A DNA stretch of 64,000 bases from an uncultured Chloroflexia bacterium (GTDB lineage: Bacteria > Chloroflexota > Anaerolineae > B4-G1 > SLSP01): NCBI GenBank assembly GCA_963751345.1, contig CAVVUS010000010.1:64001-128000 (forward strand). Direction: 5' to 3'. Position numbers and translations under genes: made by a program. Positions 32,376 to 42,871 of this stretch are shown piece by piece. The notes under the pieces were generated by a model. The model did not search any database, was not told the DNA's origin, and saw nothing but the letters and a program-made list of their open reading frames with translations. The stretch's first letter is position 1, and each line of letters opens with the position of its first letter.

Positions 32376-33221
32376 CTAGTCGCTCTCTTGCTCCGCCTTG
32401 AGCCTGTCGTAGACACTCAGGATGTTGGCCACGTGTAGTTGGTGGCTGGCGATACCCAGGGGCACGCGTTCCAGGCCGCACGCTTCCAGCGGGATGTCGA
32501 AAATCTCCTTGCGGTCGCGTCTCTTCTTCAGGACCATCTCGGCCTGCCGGCGCACACATTCGAGGTAGTGTATGTATTCGTCCATCACCGTCTTGACCTC
32601 ACCGCGGAGGATGACTTCCCCGTGGCCCTGGACGACAGTGTCCGGCTCCATCTCTTTGATGAGCTTCAGCGTAGCGATCTCTTGCTCCCAATCGCCATCC
32701 GCGATGATTGGGATTGCCATCACGGCATCTCCGGCGATGAGGACCTCGTCCTGTTCGATGAAGATCCCGATATTGTCCGGCGTGTGGCCGGGCAGGGGAA
32801 AGAGCCTCAATGTCTTGTCGCCGGTATCCAGGAAAACGTCACCTGAGCCGAATGTCACGGTCGGCAGGCGAAGCGTGACTTCCTCAAACGCTGGGTCCCC
32901 CTCGCGCGCTTCGGCGAGTGAGGACTCGCCAACTTCCAGTAGCCGCTGGCGACACAACTCGGACCCGATCACATCCAATTGCTCGGGGAAGGCATACAGA
33001 CCGTAGACGTGATCCATATGGTGGTGGGTGAGGATCAGCGTGTGGAAATCCATACCGGAGCGGATCTCGAGAAAGCGGGCGATTTGCTTGGCCTCGTCTG
33101 GAAACGGAAGGCCGTCGACGACTATCGTCCCTTTCTCGGTGAGAATGGCAACGGAATTGACCATTGCGTAGCGATCACTTGTAAAAAGGAAGATCTCTTC
33201 AGAAACGCGTTCCCAGTACAT
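32376..33221 (-). CDS. MBL-fold metallo-hydrolase
   Basis: THHHMDH, PGHT, AGD, GHG. Confidence 0.88.
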   Translation of the reverse strand: MYWERVSEEIFLFTSDRYAMVNSVAILTEKGTIVVDGLPFPDEAKQIARFLEIRSGMDFHTLILTHHHMDHVYGLYAFPEQLDVIGSELCRQRLLEVGESSLAEAREGDPAFEEVTLRLPTVTFGSGDVFLDTGDKTLRLFPLPGHTPDNIGIFIEQDEVLIAGDAVMAIPIIADGDWEQEIATLKLIKEMEPDTVVQGHGEVILRGEVKTVMDEYIHYLECVRRQAEMVLKKRRDRKEIFDIPLEACGLERVPLGIASHQLHVANILSVYDRLKAEQESD

Positions 33222-33354
33222 GGACTCCTCAAGTGTACGTGCGGCGTTGAGCTAATTTCAGCCTTCTGAGGATAACATAGGCACCTGGCAAAGTCAAGCC
33301 TACTTTACATAATATTGTACCCGTGCGGGCCTGATGGTCGTCGCCTGGCACACA

Positions 33355-33388
33355 AAGAGCCGCGCTGGGAATTCCCAGCGCGGCTCTT
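33355..33388 (-). terminator. Terminator of 6S RNA (perfect 34-bp palindrome)
   Basis: AAGAGCCGCGCTGGGAA|TTCCCAGCGCGGCTCTT, followed by T-run on the minus strand. Confidence 0.75.
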
Positions 33389-33396
33389 ATAAGAGA

Positions 33397-33571
33397 GACA
33401 CCCGCCGTGCCGTGCACCGTTGGCTTTGACCCTGCTTGCGCAGGTGGGTACCAGCCGGGTGATTCGGCCTTGCCCGAAGGCTATCGCGTCCTCTCCCAAG
33501 ACTTGTGGTTCCCGTATTTGTAAGGTGTTGGCTCAAAACCCCATATCGGTTCCACGCACACGGCAGGATTG
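33397..33571 (-). ncRNA. ssrS: 6S RNA (SsrS)
   Basis: Minus strand reads CCTGCCGTGTGCGTGG..TTTGAGCCAACAC..GGGAAC..GGTACCCACCTG..CAGGGTCAAA..TGCACGGCACGGCGGG: ~175-nt rod with paired ends and central bubble; upstream TTGTCA..TGnTATATT promoter and downstream terminator. Confidence 0.85.
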
Positions 33572-33640
33572 ACGCTAATATACCATAAACCGTCTCTCTG
33601 ACAAGGTTTCACGTCCGACTTATCTTCAGGATCTCGGGGA

Positions 33641-34814
33641 CTAGAACGCCTCCAGCGCCTGCCGCATTACCCGGAGCCAGTTCCCACCCATGATGCCCTC
33701 GATGTCACCCTCGCTGTACCCTCGCTCGCGCAGCAGCGCTGCGACTTTGAACAGATCCGCCACAGACGTCAGCCCCGCCGGTGCTGATGCCTGGCCGAAC
33801 CCTCCGTCGAGGTCTGAGCCGAGCCCTGCGGCTTCCGCATGGCCGGCAAGCTGGCAGACGTAGTCGATGACCTCCACAAGGCGTGAGAGTGGGACGCGGG
33901 TCTGCCCGCGATGCCACCCCGGCACCAACATCCGATTGTAGGCCACCGCGCCGATCACACCCTCGCGCTCGACGATCCGCCGGATCATGTCATCGGATAA
34001 CATCCGCGGGGCATCCACAAAGGCGCGCGGATTCGCGTGGGTTGCCACGACCGGGCCGGGGTAACGGTCCAGTAGGGTGTGCGCGGCCTCATCCCATAGG
34101 TGGCTCAGATCGGCCACCAGGTTGTAGTCCGCCATCGCGTGGAGCAGGGCCTCGCCTGCGTCTGTCAGTGGACCGGGGCTGGCATTGCCTCCGGCATAGC
34201 GCGTGCCCGCCGACCACGTCAGCCCTATCCCGCGCAGACCGCGTTCGACCCACCATTCCAGCGAGTTGGGATCGAGAATGGGCTCGGCGCCCTCCATCAC
34301 CACAAAGACGCCCACGATCGGCGCCTCAGACGTCCAACTCTCGAGCACGCGGTCCAGGGTGCCCGCAGTTGTCGATGATCTCGACATCTTCACGCTCATC
34401 GGCGACGCGCCGGTAATAGTCCAATTGCTCCACGCCTTGATCGTGCGCCTCTTCCGGGGTGTGATACGTCGCGGTGGGGCGTGGGTGCGACTTCTTGCCC
34501 GGTTCTACGAAGATGCTCCCGCCGATCACGGCAACGCGTCCTTCCCGTAGGGTGGGCCAGCTCATCATAGGGATCCCTGCGTGAGGGTCGGCGACCGGGT
34601 GCATCTGCTCCGCCTCCCGGAGCTCACCGACCGTCCGGCTCAGGTCGCGTCCCAGCGTAACTGCGTTGTATGCTACGTCGATGTGGGCGTCCACGATGGG
34701 GAAGTGGAGAGCAGGGGCTCCCTGTTGGTCATCGGCGGCATGGGGTTGGACATCAGATGTCGGGTGTGGGTCACCGTAGGCCGGTAGTGGATCGTCGGTT
34801 CGCCGATTCTTCAT
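33641..34814 (-). CDS. Membrane dipeptidase (peptidase M19 family; one frameshift)
   Basis: IVDAHID, MEGA, LTW, DLSH, ATHAN, GLGSDLDGG, GGNWLR. Confidence 0.87.
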
Positions 34815-34872
34815 TCTCTCATTCTCCGTTCTCGATTCTGCGGTTCTTCCATTCTCTTCCTACTTCCGGCAT

Positions 34873-34902
34873 TTGACAATCGCCGCCACGTCGCAGTATA
34901 CT
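34873..34902 (+). promoter_or_regulatory. Sigma70-type promoter for the FHA gene
   Basis: TTGACA-N18-TATACT. Confidence 0.6.
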
Positions 34903-34942
34903 TTGACGCACGCGCAGGGTCCCAAAGCCCGAGTGGCAGGAG

Positions 34943-35684
34943 GTGGGGATGCAGAGACAGAGGGAACATACGTTGGTGGTCACGGAGGGACCGAACGTCG
35001 GTGAGCGTTATCCGCTCCTCGACATGGTATCCACATTGGGTCGGACGTCCGACAACACCATCGTGTTTGAGAGCTCACAGGTCTCGCGACATCACGCACA
35101 GATTCGTCTGCTGCCCGCTGGGGCCGTGATCGAGGATATGGGAAGCACCAACGGTACCTATATCAACAACCGCAGGCTCGTCGAGCCCCACACCCTCTCT
35201 CCTGGAGATCGAGTTCGAATTGCGGATTACGTCACTCTTGAGTACGTCGTGCGCGATGTGTCGAAAACGGAGAATATGGCGGGCACAGTTGTGGCGGGTT
35301 CGACCCAGGCGATGGATGAAGCCTGGCGGATATGAGTCGCCTCCCCCGCCCACACAGCGGCCCTACCGGCAGCCCGAGGATGTTGAGCTTCCATCCCCGT
35401 TCTATCCTCAGCAACCGGTCTACGAGCAACCCGTCCCGCCGGTGGCCTACAACGCGCCGGTTCACAGTGCTCCGGTGGAACCGCCCGACGCGGAGCCTCC
35501 CGCGCCCAGGCGATCCAGGGGGCTCTATGTCGTCATTGGCGTGCTTGTCGTCCTGATTTGCCTATGCATCGCGCTGGCGGTCTATCTGTGGTTCGCGCCA
35601 CTTTCGTTTTGGCAGAGGGTCTTCGACCTTTTGGGCATCCCCCTGCCCTCAGGCGCTCTGATCGAACTGATCCCCCACTTGTAG
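34943..35684 (+). CDS. FHA-domain protein with Pro-rich linker and C-terminal TM helix (one frameshift)
   Basis: LGR, VSRHHA, DMGSTNGT FHA motifs; Pro-rich region and TM in ORF 35220-35684. Confidence 0.85.
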
Positions 35685-35744
35685 ATGAGCCCTAGACTGG
35701 GGACGTGTCCCCAGCATTTTCCGCGCAGCCCTTTAGAGAAGCGC

Positions 35745-36203
35745 TCAGACCTCGATGACTTTCAATGCCAGATCCGCCGTCGAGAGCGGCTTCACCTTGA
35801 CCTCCGCATCGGCCAACCGTCCCGCTTCATCGATCACAAAGTGACTGCGAATCAGACCCATACGGGTCGTGCCGAACGTCTGCTTCTCACCCCAGGCCCC
35901 GTAGGCCTCCGCGACCTCGTGATCCGGGTCCGACAGGAGGACGAAAGGCAGATCGTGCTTCTCACGGAACTTAACCAGCTTCTCCGGGTCATCCGGGCTG
36001 ATGCCGACCACGACGGCATCCTTGGCCTCGATCTGAGGATAGACATCCCGCAGGGCGCACGCCTGCTGTGTGCAGCCTGGCGTGTCGGCTGCGGGGTAGA
36101 AGTACAACACCACCTTGTGTCCTTTGAAATCAGACAGTTTGACGCTCTCCCCTTTGTCGGACGTAAGTTCGAACTCCGGCGCCTTCTCACCTACCTGAAC
36201 CAT
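35745..36203 (-). CDS. bcp: Thioredoxin-dependent thiol peroxidase (Bcp/PrxQ)
   Basis: LYFYPAADTPGCTQQAC. Confidence 0.93.
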   Translation of the reverse strand: MVQVGEKAPEFELTSDKGESVKLSDFKGHKVVLYFYPAADTPGCTQQACALRDVYPQIEAKDAVVVGISPDDPEKLVKFREKHDLPFVLLSDPDHEVAEAYGAWGEKQTFGTTRMGLIRSHFVIDEAGRLADAEVKVKPLSTADLALKVIEV

Positions 36204-36369
36204 CGTTGCCTCCTCTCGTCGTTTCGCTATGAGCCCGCACCGATTAAGTAAACTGATATCTATTTTACTGCGGTTGCTTGAGAAATCAACTCCTGCTACA
36301 ATCGTTGCTCATCGTCCGATTATGGCGCGGTTTTCGTAGCTGGTATGTGTCGACGATGAGGGAGGAAGC

Positions 36370-36585
36370 GTGATCATCCTCAAATTCCTGCGAGCCGCAA
36401 GCGAGTTTCTCGCCCAACGCAAAGGACTCCCCGTCCTGGTGGGTGTGGGACTCGTCCTGCTCAATCTCGTCATCAGTTTCCTGCCTGCCTGGCCCATAGT
36501 GGGGTGGCTCGCCGAGACGGATCTGCTGCTTCAATTGGGCGTGATCATCGGCCTTCTCGGCGTCCTTGTCGGGGATGCCCTGTAG
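36370..36585 (+). CDS. Small two-TM membrane protein
   Basis: GGAGG RBS plus GTG; two hydrophobic helices; RKGLP motif. Confidence 0.72.
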   Translation: MIILKFLRAASEFLAQRKGLPVLVGVGLVLLNLVISFLPAWPIVGWLAETDLLLQLGVIIGLLGVLVGDAL

Positions 36586-36681
36586 GCAGACCGCCACCTC
36601 CGGGCCGGTACCGGTCGCACCTGTCCCACGTCACCGATCGTTACAGTTACGTTACGAGCACATTGGCACATGCATCACCCC

Positions 36682-36710
36682 TTGCGGCATGAGGCCGGAT
36701 CCTCTATAAT
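36682..36710 (+). promoter_or_regulatory. Sigma70-type promoter for the LysM gene
   Basis: TTGCGG-N17-TATAAT. Confidence 0.55.
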
Positions 36711-36745
36711 GGAATCATCGTGACACCATCATTGAAGGAGTCGAG

Positions 36746-37247
36746 ATGATCAAGGCCCTCTTGCGAATCTGCCTATTCTTGGTTGTGGTTGGCCTGTCGC
36801 TGGGATCAGCGCAGATAGTAGCCGCGAGCGGGGTCGCGGGTGCCGGTGGTTGGGAGATCCTCGGTCAGCATACGGTCAAGGTCGGCGAGAGCCTCTACTG
36901 CATTGGTCGTGCCTATGGCGTCGATCCGGCGGCGATCGCGACGCAGAACGATGTCGCCAACCCGAGCATCATTCACCCGGGCGATGTTCTCAGTATCCCC
37001 GACGTCTCCAAGACGCTGCCACCCGGTCCGGTCTGCACGCCCCAGTTCGGCGACATCCCCGAGCCGCCCCCCCGAACCGCGCCTGCGGGGGCTGCAACTG
37101 TCGCTGTGACCCACGGTCGTCCGGTGGGGCAATACGCTGAGTTGGCTCTCCCTCTATTACGGCACGGATATATGGTCGATTGCCCAGTGCAACTGCATCC
37201 GCGACCCCAACTTCATCCGCGCCGGCGAGACGCTCTGTATCCCATAG
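36746..37247 (+). CDS. Secreted tandem-LysM protein (frameshifted)
   Basis: Signal peptide; HTVKVGESLYCIGRAYGV..IHPGDVLSIP; second LysM VVRWGNTLSWLSLYYGTDIWSIAQCNCIRDPNFIRAGETLCIP in another frame ending TAG 37247. Confidence 0.8.
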
Positions 37248-37314
37248 CCTCTTGTCACAGACCTTGCGCAGGTGGTCCGAGTCTGCTTGGGCCACCTGCG
37301 CAAGGTGCGGAAGC

Positions 37315-38466
37315 TTACACCTTCTCCATCGGATCGAAGAGCTTGGCATACTCCTGCAGCGCGTAGCGATCCGTCATCCCTGCGATGTAGTCGCATACGA
37401 CGCGATGGAGTGACCGCGACTCCAGCTTGGCCTGTTCCTCGTAGGGCAGTTGCCGCGGTTCCGCTACGTAGGCCTCGAAGATCGCACCGATGATCCGCTC
37501 GGCTTTGATCTGCATCCGCATGACCCGCGGGTGCCGGTAGAGCCTCTCCAACAGGAAGCGCTTGAGTTCCGCCAGCTTGTCGAACATCGCCGGCGAGAGC
37601 GCGACGACGTTGTCGGGCAGCGCGCGTATGTCGTCGGGAGACGACGCACCGGCGGCCTCCAGGCGTCTTCCCGTCTCTCCGATGACATCGTGGATCAGGA
37701 GACCCAGCAGCCGTCGCACAATGCGGTGACGCCACATGCTATCATAATCGGTTTCGTCCCAGCCGACGCTTTCCTTGACTTCTTCCCACAGCCGGATCCC
37801 CGCGAGGTCGCGGGGTCGGATCAGGCCCGAGTAAAGCCCATCGTCCAGGTCGTGTGCGCTATAAGCGAGGTCGTCCGCCGGGTTGGCGAGCTGCGCCTCC
37901 AGCGTCCCACGCAGGTGCGGCGCGAACCGCGTGCCGTCGGCCACGTCATAGGACGTCTCGTGCTTGACGATGCCCTCCAGCGTTTCCCACGAGAGATTGA
38001 GCCCCGCGAAGGTCGGGTAGCGCTGCTCCAGCCTCTCCACGATGCGCAGTGACTGTTTGTTGTGGTCGAAGCCGCCGTGACCCTCCATCAGCCGGTTGAG
38101 GATATGTTCTCCGGCGTGGCCGAAGGTGGGGTGGCCCAGGTCGTGTGCCAGGCAGACGGCCTCGACGAGCACCTCGTTGGCGCCCAGCGCCGTCGCCAAT
38201 GAGCGACCGATCTGCGCGACCTCCAGCGTGTGCGTCAGCCGCGTCCGATAGTAGTCGCCCTCGGTATAGACGAAGACCTGGGTCTTGTACTCCAGCCGCC
38301 GAAAGGCGTTGGTATGCAGGATGCGGTCGCGGTCTCGCTGGAAGCACGTTCGATAGATGGCTTCCTCTTCCGGGTAGGCGCGTCCCCGCGAGTCACGGCT
38401 GTGAAAGCCGTACGGTGCCAAGGTCGTCATCTCACCGTCTTCGAGATCCCTACGTGTGAAGAACAT
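37315..38466 (-). CDS. dgt: Deoxyguanosinetriphosphate triphosphohydrolase
   Basis: FQRDRDRI, RRLEYKTQVF, RTRLTHTLEV, HDLGH, DYIAGMTD. Confidence 0.93.
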   Translation of the reverse strand: MFFTRRDLEDGEMTTLAPYGFHSRDSRGRAYPEEEAIYRTCFQRDRDRILHTNAFRRLEYKTQVFVYTEGDYYRTRLTHTLEVAQIGRSLATALGANEVLVEAVCLAHDLGHPTFGHAGEHILNRLMEGHGGFDHNKQSLRIVERLEQRYPTFAGLNLSWETLEGIVKHETSYDVADGTRFAPHLRGTLEAQLANPADDLAYSAHDLDDGLYSGLIRPRDLAGIRLWEEVKESVGWDETDYDSMWRHRIVRRLLGLLIHDVIGETGRRLEAAGASSPDDIRALPDNVVALSPAMFDKLAELKRFLLERLYRHPRVMRMQIKAERIIGAIFEAYVAEPRQLPYEEQAKLESRSLHRVVCDYIAGMTDRYALQEYAKLFDPMEKV

Positions 38467-38476
38467 AGCCCCATCC

Positions 38477-38887
38477 TTAGTGACTGATTTGCACCGCGAT
38501 CAAGCTGATGATCAAGGCGATGACCAAGGTGATGGCGATGAAGATGGCGAGTTTGCGCTCCAGCCCCGTGGGCCTCACGAGCCGTCCTGAGATCCACAGG
38601 AAGGTACCGCCTGCCAGGCCGAGCCCCATCAACACGCCGATGGTATAGACGACCGCCGTCGTCATGAGGCGCGGGAGGTCGATCGTGATGATCAGCCTGC
38701 CGAAGACCGCGATCGAGAAACGGCTGCCCAGGAAGGCGTATGCTCCGGCGATCAGCAGCGCAGAGACAATCATCAAGATCCCCAGCGTGCGCCGGCTGCC
38801 GCGGTCGACGAACCAGGTGATGGCACCCAGGCCGAGCAGCGCCAGGGCGAAGGTGAAGATCAGGATCGAGAGGAACTCGATGGCCAT
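38477..38887 (-). CDS. Hypothetical four-TM membrane protein
   Basis: Hydrophobic ORF with GGAGG RBS directly upstream of dgt. Confidence 0.75.
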   Translation of the reverse strand: MAIEFLSILIFTFALALLGLGAITWFVDRGSRRTLGILMIVSALLIAGAYAFLGSRFSIAVFGRLIITIDLPRLMTTAVVYTIGVLMGLGLAGGTFLWISGRLVRPTGLERKLAIFIAITLVIALIISLIAVQISH

Positions 38888-39079
38888 TGGAGCCTCCCCG
38901 TAGGTGCCCCGTTCGGGGCATCAGCAAGACGCAGAACAGCGGTCATCGATTGTATGATAGGCGAGAAGACGAGGGCCGTCAAAACCTTATGTCGGAAACG
39001 TTCTCAAGATGACCTTCGCAAGACGTCGAGAACCTGCCGGGACTCGCGAATGCGCTCACTTCCAGGTATAATGCTTTCC

Positions 39080-39990
39080 ATGGAAAAGGAACGTTTGCAG
39101 AAGATACTGGCACGGGCGGGCTATGGATCTCGCCGTGGATGCGAGGAGATGATCGAGGCCGGGCGCGTCAGCGTCGATGGGCGGGTGGCCAAGTTGGGCG
39201 ACCAGGCCGATCCCGAGACGCAGCGCATCACGGTGGATGGCACGCCGATCCCCAAGCTCGAACCGTTTGTCTACGTCATGCTCAACAAACCACGTGGTGT
39301 TGTGACCACGACCCAGGACCCCCACGGGCGCAAGACGGTCACGGATTTGGTCGCGCTTCCGAAGCCGAGGCGCGGGGATCCTCCCCGTCTCTATCCCGTC
39401 GGGCGCCTGGATTACGACAGCGAAGGCCTCCTGTTGATGACCAACGACGGCGTGCTTACCCAGCGGATGACCCATCCCAGCTACGAACACCCTCGGACCT
39501 ACCGGGTGCTGGTTGAGGGCGAGCCCGATGCTGCCGCCCTCGATCGCTGGCAGCGCGGCATCACCTTGGACGGACGCTTGACGCGTTTCGACAGTGTCGC
39601 CCTGGAGGAGCAGCGACGTGACGAGGCATGGCTGCGGGTCACCGTACATGAAGGGCGAAAACACCTGGTCCGCCGGATGGTCGCTGCCTTGGGTTACCCT
39701 CCCAAGCGTCTGATTCGTGTCTCGATGGGGCCGCTCCAACTCGGGTCGCTCGACTCCGGGAAATGGCGCTATCTCAGCGAATCCGAAGTGGGCCTCCTGC
39801 GCAAGGAGGGCATTGTAGATCGGGCGCGTCGCGGCAGCTCTCGACCCGCTGGACGCCGGGGCGGCGGCGCCCGCCGGTCCTCCGGATCTCGCCAGTCCTC
39901 TGGCGCCCGCCAGTCTCCTGGCGCTCGGCCCTCGCCGACCGCCGACGGTGCGGCCGCGGCCAGTCGAGGTCGCGGAGAGACCACAAGTGA
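39080..39990 (+). CDS. rluB: rRNA pseudouridine synthase, RsuA/RluB family
   Basis: S4 domain ERLQKILA, NKPRG, GRLD, EGRKH; likely start ATG 39080; an indel in the low-complexity tail likely hides the true stop at 39990 (ORF track runs to 40033). Confidence 0.87.
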
Positions 39991-40685
39991 TGCCGTCGAC
40001 GATTGCGATCGACGGGCCGGCTGCATCCGGTAAGAGCACGATTGGCTTTCATCTCGCAAAAGGCCTCGATTACTTGTTCCTTGATACCGGGGTGCTCTAC
40101 CGCGCTGCCACGTGGGCCGTGCAGGACCGGGGGATCGATATCGAGGATGAGGCAGCGGTCACTCGCCTGGTCCGCGAGGTCGACATCGAGGTTCTGCCGC
40201 CCACACTGTCCGACGGGCGCCAGTGCACGGTGCGGGTCGATGGGCACGACGTGAGTTGGGAGATCCGCTCCCCGCGCGTCGAGAGCGCGGTCTCGCCCGT
40301 GTCGGCCTATCCGGGTGTGCGGGAGGCGCTCACCTGCCGGATGCGTCAGATTGCCAAGGCCGGGCGCGTGGTCATGGTGGGGCGCGACATCGGCACCGTC
40401 GTGATCCCCGATGCCGATCTCAAGCTCTACGTGGTCGCGTCGGCGGAGGAGCGGGCGCATCGCCGCCATCTCGAACTGCAGGCCAAGGGCAAGGATGTCA
40501 CCTACGCCCAGGTGTTGGCCGGCATTCACGAGCGCGACCGGATCGACAGCCATCGCAAGACCGCTCCGTTGCGCGCGGCGCCCGATGCCATCCTGTTTGA
40601 CACAACCTCGCTCTCTATCGAGGCGATGTTTGATGAGACCCAAAAGCTTGTGGACAGATACAACAATCAAGGAGTAGAGGGATGA
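39990..40685 (+). CDS. cmk: Cytidylate kinase
   Basis: IAIDGPAASGKST, DTGVLYRA, GRDIGTVV, RDRIDSHR. Confidence 0.94.
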   Translation: MPSTIAIDGPAASGKSTIGFHLAKGLDYLFLDTGVLYRAATWAVQDRGIDIEDEAAVTRLVREVDIEVLPPTLSDGRQCTVRVDGHDVSWEIRSPRVESAVSPVSAYPGVREALTCRMRQIAKAGRVVMVGRDIGTVVIPDADLKLYVVASAEERAHRRHLELQAKGKDVTYAQVLAGIHERDRIDSHRKTAPLRAAPDAILFDTTSLSIEAMFDETQKLVDRYNNQGVEG

Positions 40686-42088
40686 CGGAATCGGCTTTCG
40701 ATGTCGTCGTGATAGGCGGGGGCCCCGGTGGATACGTGGCTGCGATTCGGGCGGCCCAGCTTGGCATGAGTGTCGGCCTCGTCGAACGCGAGAGACTGGG
40801 TGGCGTCTGCTTGAACTGGGGATGTATTCCCACCAAGGCGCTCTTGCGCAACGCTGAGGTGGCGCGCCTCGTCACGGGTGGCGGCAGGGAGTTTGGGTTC
40901 AAGGCTGATAACGTTGTGCTGGATTACGCTGCTGCCGTGGAGCGCAGTCGCAAGGTCTCCGCCCGTCTTGTCAAGGGCGTCGAGGCGCTGATGAAAGGGA
41001 ATAGCATCGTTGTGATTGAAGGAGAAGGACGCTTGAAGTCCGCGACGGAGGTTGAGGTCACGTCGTCTGATGGCACCACACAGACGCTCAAGACAGGTTC
41101 GATTATCCTGGCGACCGGTGCGCGTGCGCGCACGATCCCGGGGATGGAGGTGGATGGTGAGCGTGTCCTGACCTACCGCGAGGCGCTCGACCGGCGCGCG
41201 TTGCCCGCGTCCGCCGTGGTGATCGGCGCCGGGCCGATCGGGCTCGAGTTTGCCACCATCTGGAGTGCCTATGGCGCCGACGTCCGGGTAGTGGAGATGA
41301 TGGATCACCTGCTGCCCGCCGAGGACGAGCAGGCCGCCGCCGAGTTGGGCCGCTACCTGCGCCGGCAGAAGGTCAAGGTCATGCCCTCTACCCGCGTCCA
41401 GTCCATCGCCACCAACGAAGAGGGTGTGCGCGTGCACGTCTCGGGTCCTGAGGGTGACGACGACCTGGAGGCCGAGGTGGCCCTCGTGGCCATCGGCGTG
41501 CGCCCCAACAGTGAGAACCTTGGCCTTGACGACGTGGGTGTGACCACCGAGCGAGGGTGGATCGTGGTCGACGATATGATGCGGACCAGTGTCCCCGGTA
41601 TCTACGCCATCGGTGACGTCAATGGTCGCCTGCCTCTGGCCCACGTGGCATCGACCCAGGGCATCCTCGCGGTTGAGGCCATCGCGGAACGCGATCCCTC
41701 GCCCTTTGACGTACGTTTCGTCCCGAAGGGAACCTACACCTCGCCGCAGGTGGCTTCCTTCGGCATGACCGAGGCGGACGCGCGCGAGGCACTCCCCGAG
41801 GTTGCTGTGGGCACGTTCCCCTTCCTGCCGAACGGCAAGGCGTTGGCGCTCGGCGAGAACGCGGGCTTTGTCAAGATCATCTCCGACGCCACGACCCACG
41901 AGATCGTGGGGGCCGTGATTGTGGGCCCTGAAGCCACGGAGATCCTGCCGGAGCTGGTGCTTGCGGCCAGGTCGGAGCTGACCCCCGAGGAAGTCGCTTC
42001 TACCGTGCACGCACATCCCACCCTCAACGAGGCCGTGATGGAGGCTGCCCACGCCGTTTTCGGTGCGGCGATACACTACATTGACTAG
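40682..42088 (+). CDS. lpdA: Dihydrolipoyl dehydrogenase
   Basis: GGGPGGY, GGVCLNWGCIPTK, GAGPIG, HAHPTLNE. Confidence 0.94.
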   Translation: MTESAFDVVVIGGGPGGYVAAIRAAQLGMSVGLVERERLGGVCLNWGCIPTKALLRNAEVARLVTGGGREFGFKADNVVLDYAAAVERSRKVSARLVKGVEALMKGNSIVVIEGEGRLKSATEVEVTSSDGTTQTLKTGSIILATGARARTIPGMEVDGERVLTYREALDRRALPASAVVIGAGPIGLEFATIWSAYGADVRVVEMMDHLLPAEDEQAAAELGRYLRRQKVKVMPSTRVQSIATNEEGVRVHVSGPEGDDDLEAEVALVAIGVRPNSENLGLDDVGVTTERGWIVVDDMMRTSVPGIYAIGDVNGRLPLAHVASTQGILAVEAIAERDPSPFDVRFVPKGTYTSPQVASFGMTEADAREALPEVAVGTFPFLPNGKALALGENAGFVKIISDATTHEIVGAVIVGPEATEILPELVLAARSELTPEEVASTVHAHPTLNEAVMEAAHAVFGAAIHYID

Positions 42089-42857
42089 ACGTCAGACCGC
42101 AACCCTGCGCTATGCCCGTCCCTCGCCACCGTCCTGGGAGCTGCGCCTCGATCTCGACCAGGCGCCCGGGGCCGGCGAGTACGTGCTCGCCGATCTTGGC
42201 GGGCCGGTGCGCGAGCCCTTCTTCCCTGCCGGCTTCGACGATGGCGGGTTCGAGACGGTCGTCCCGCCGGGTCACGCGGCGACTCGGCTCCTGCCGGGTG
42301 CGCCGGTCGATGTGCTCGGCCCCCTGGGTCGCGGATTTCGTCTCGACGTCGCAGGTTATCCGCCTGCACGGCTCCTGCTGATTGCAGCGGTGGAGGCCCT
42401 GCCGCTGCTCAGGCCTCTCTATCAGGCGGCCCCGTCTGTCGTGCTCGTCCTGGAGGCGACGACTCGGGCGCAGCTTCCGCCGCCCACGCGGTTCCCTCCT
42501 ACGCTGGAGTTGGCCCTGGTCACCCGTGACGGATCTGCGGGCTACCTGGGTCCGCTGGATGCCGAGGGCGAGGTCCCTGCCGGCCTGGAGCGCGCCGGGA
42601 CGCGACTCCGCGAGCTGATTGCCTGGGCCGATCGGGTCTGCGTTGCCCACGATCCGGCAGCCTATCCCGGCCTGGCCCGGATGGTGAAGGAGGTGCGCCT
42701 GCAGCCCGTTCCTGACTTCGCCCAGGCGCTGGTCCGGGTGCCGATGCCGTGTGGCGTCGGTGTCTGCGATGTCTGCCGGGTCGCCACGCGCCAGGGCGAG
42801 GTGCGGGTGTGTGTCGACGGTCCGGTGCTCGACTTGCTGGACTTTCTGCCTCTCTGA
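42063..42857 (+). CDS. Divergent PyrK-like electron-transfer subunit ([2Fe-2S])
   Basis: GPLGRGF and C-terminal MPCGVGVCDVC..RVCVDGPV; start may be TTG 42081. Confidence 0.78.
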   Translation: MRRYTTLTRRQTATLRYARPSPPSWELRLDLDQAPGAGEYVLADLGGPVREPFFPAGFDDGGFETVVPPGHAATRLLPGAPVDVLGPLGRGFRLDVAGYPPARLLLIAAVEALPLLRPLYQAAPSVVLVLEATTRAQLPPPTRFPPTLELALVTRDGSAGYLGPLDAEGEVPAGLERAGTRLRELIAWADRVCVAHDPAAYPGLARMVKEVRLQPVPDFAQALVRVPMPCGVGVCDVCRVATRQGEVRVCVDGPVLDLLDFLPL

Positions 42858-42871
42858 GTGTGAGCCCAACC

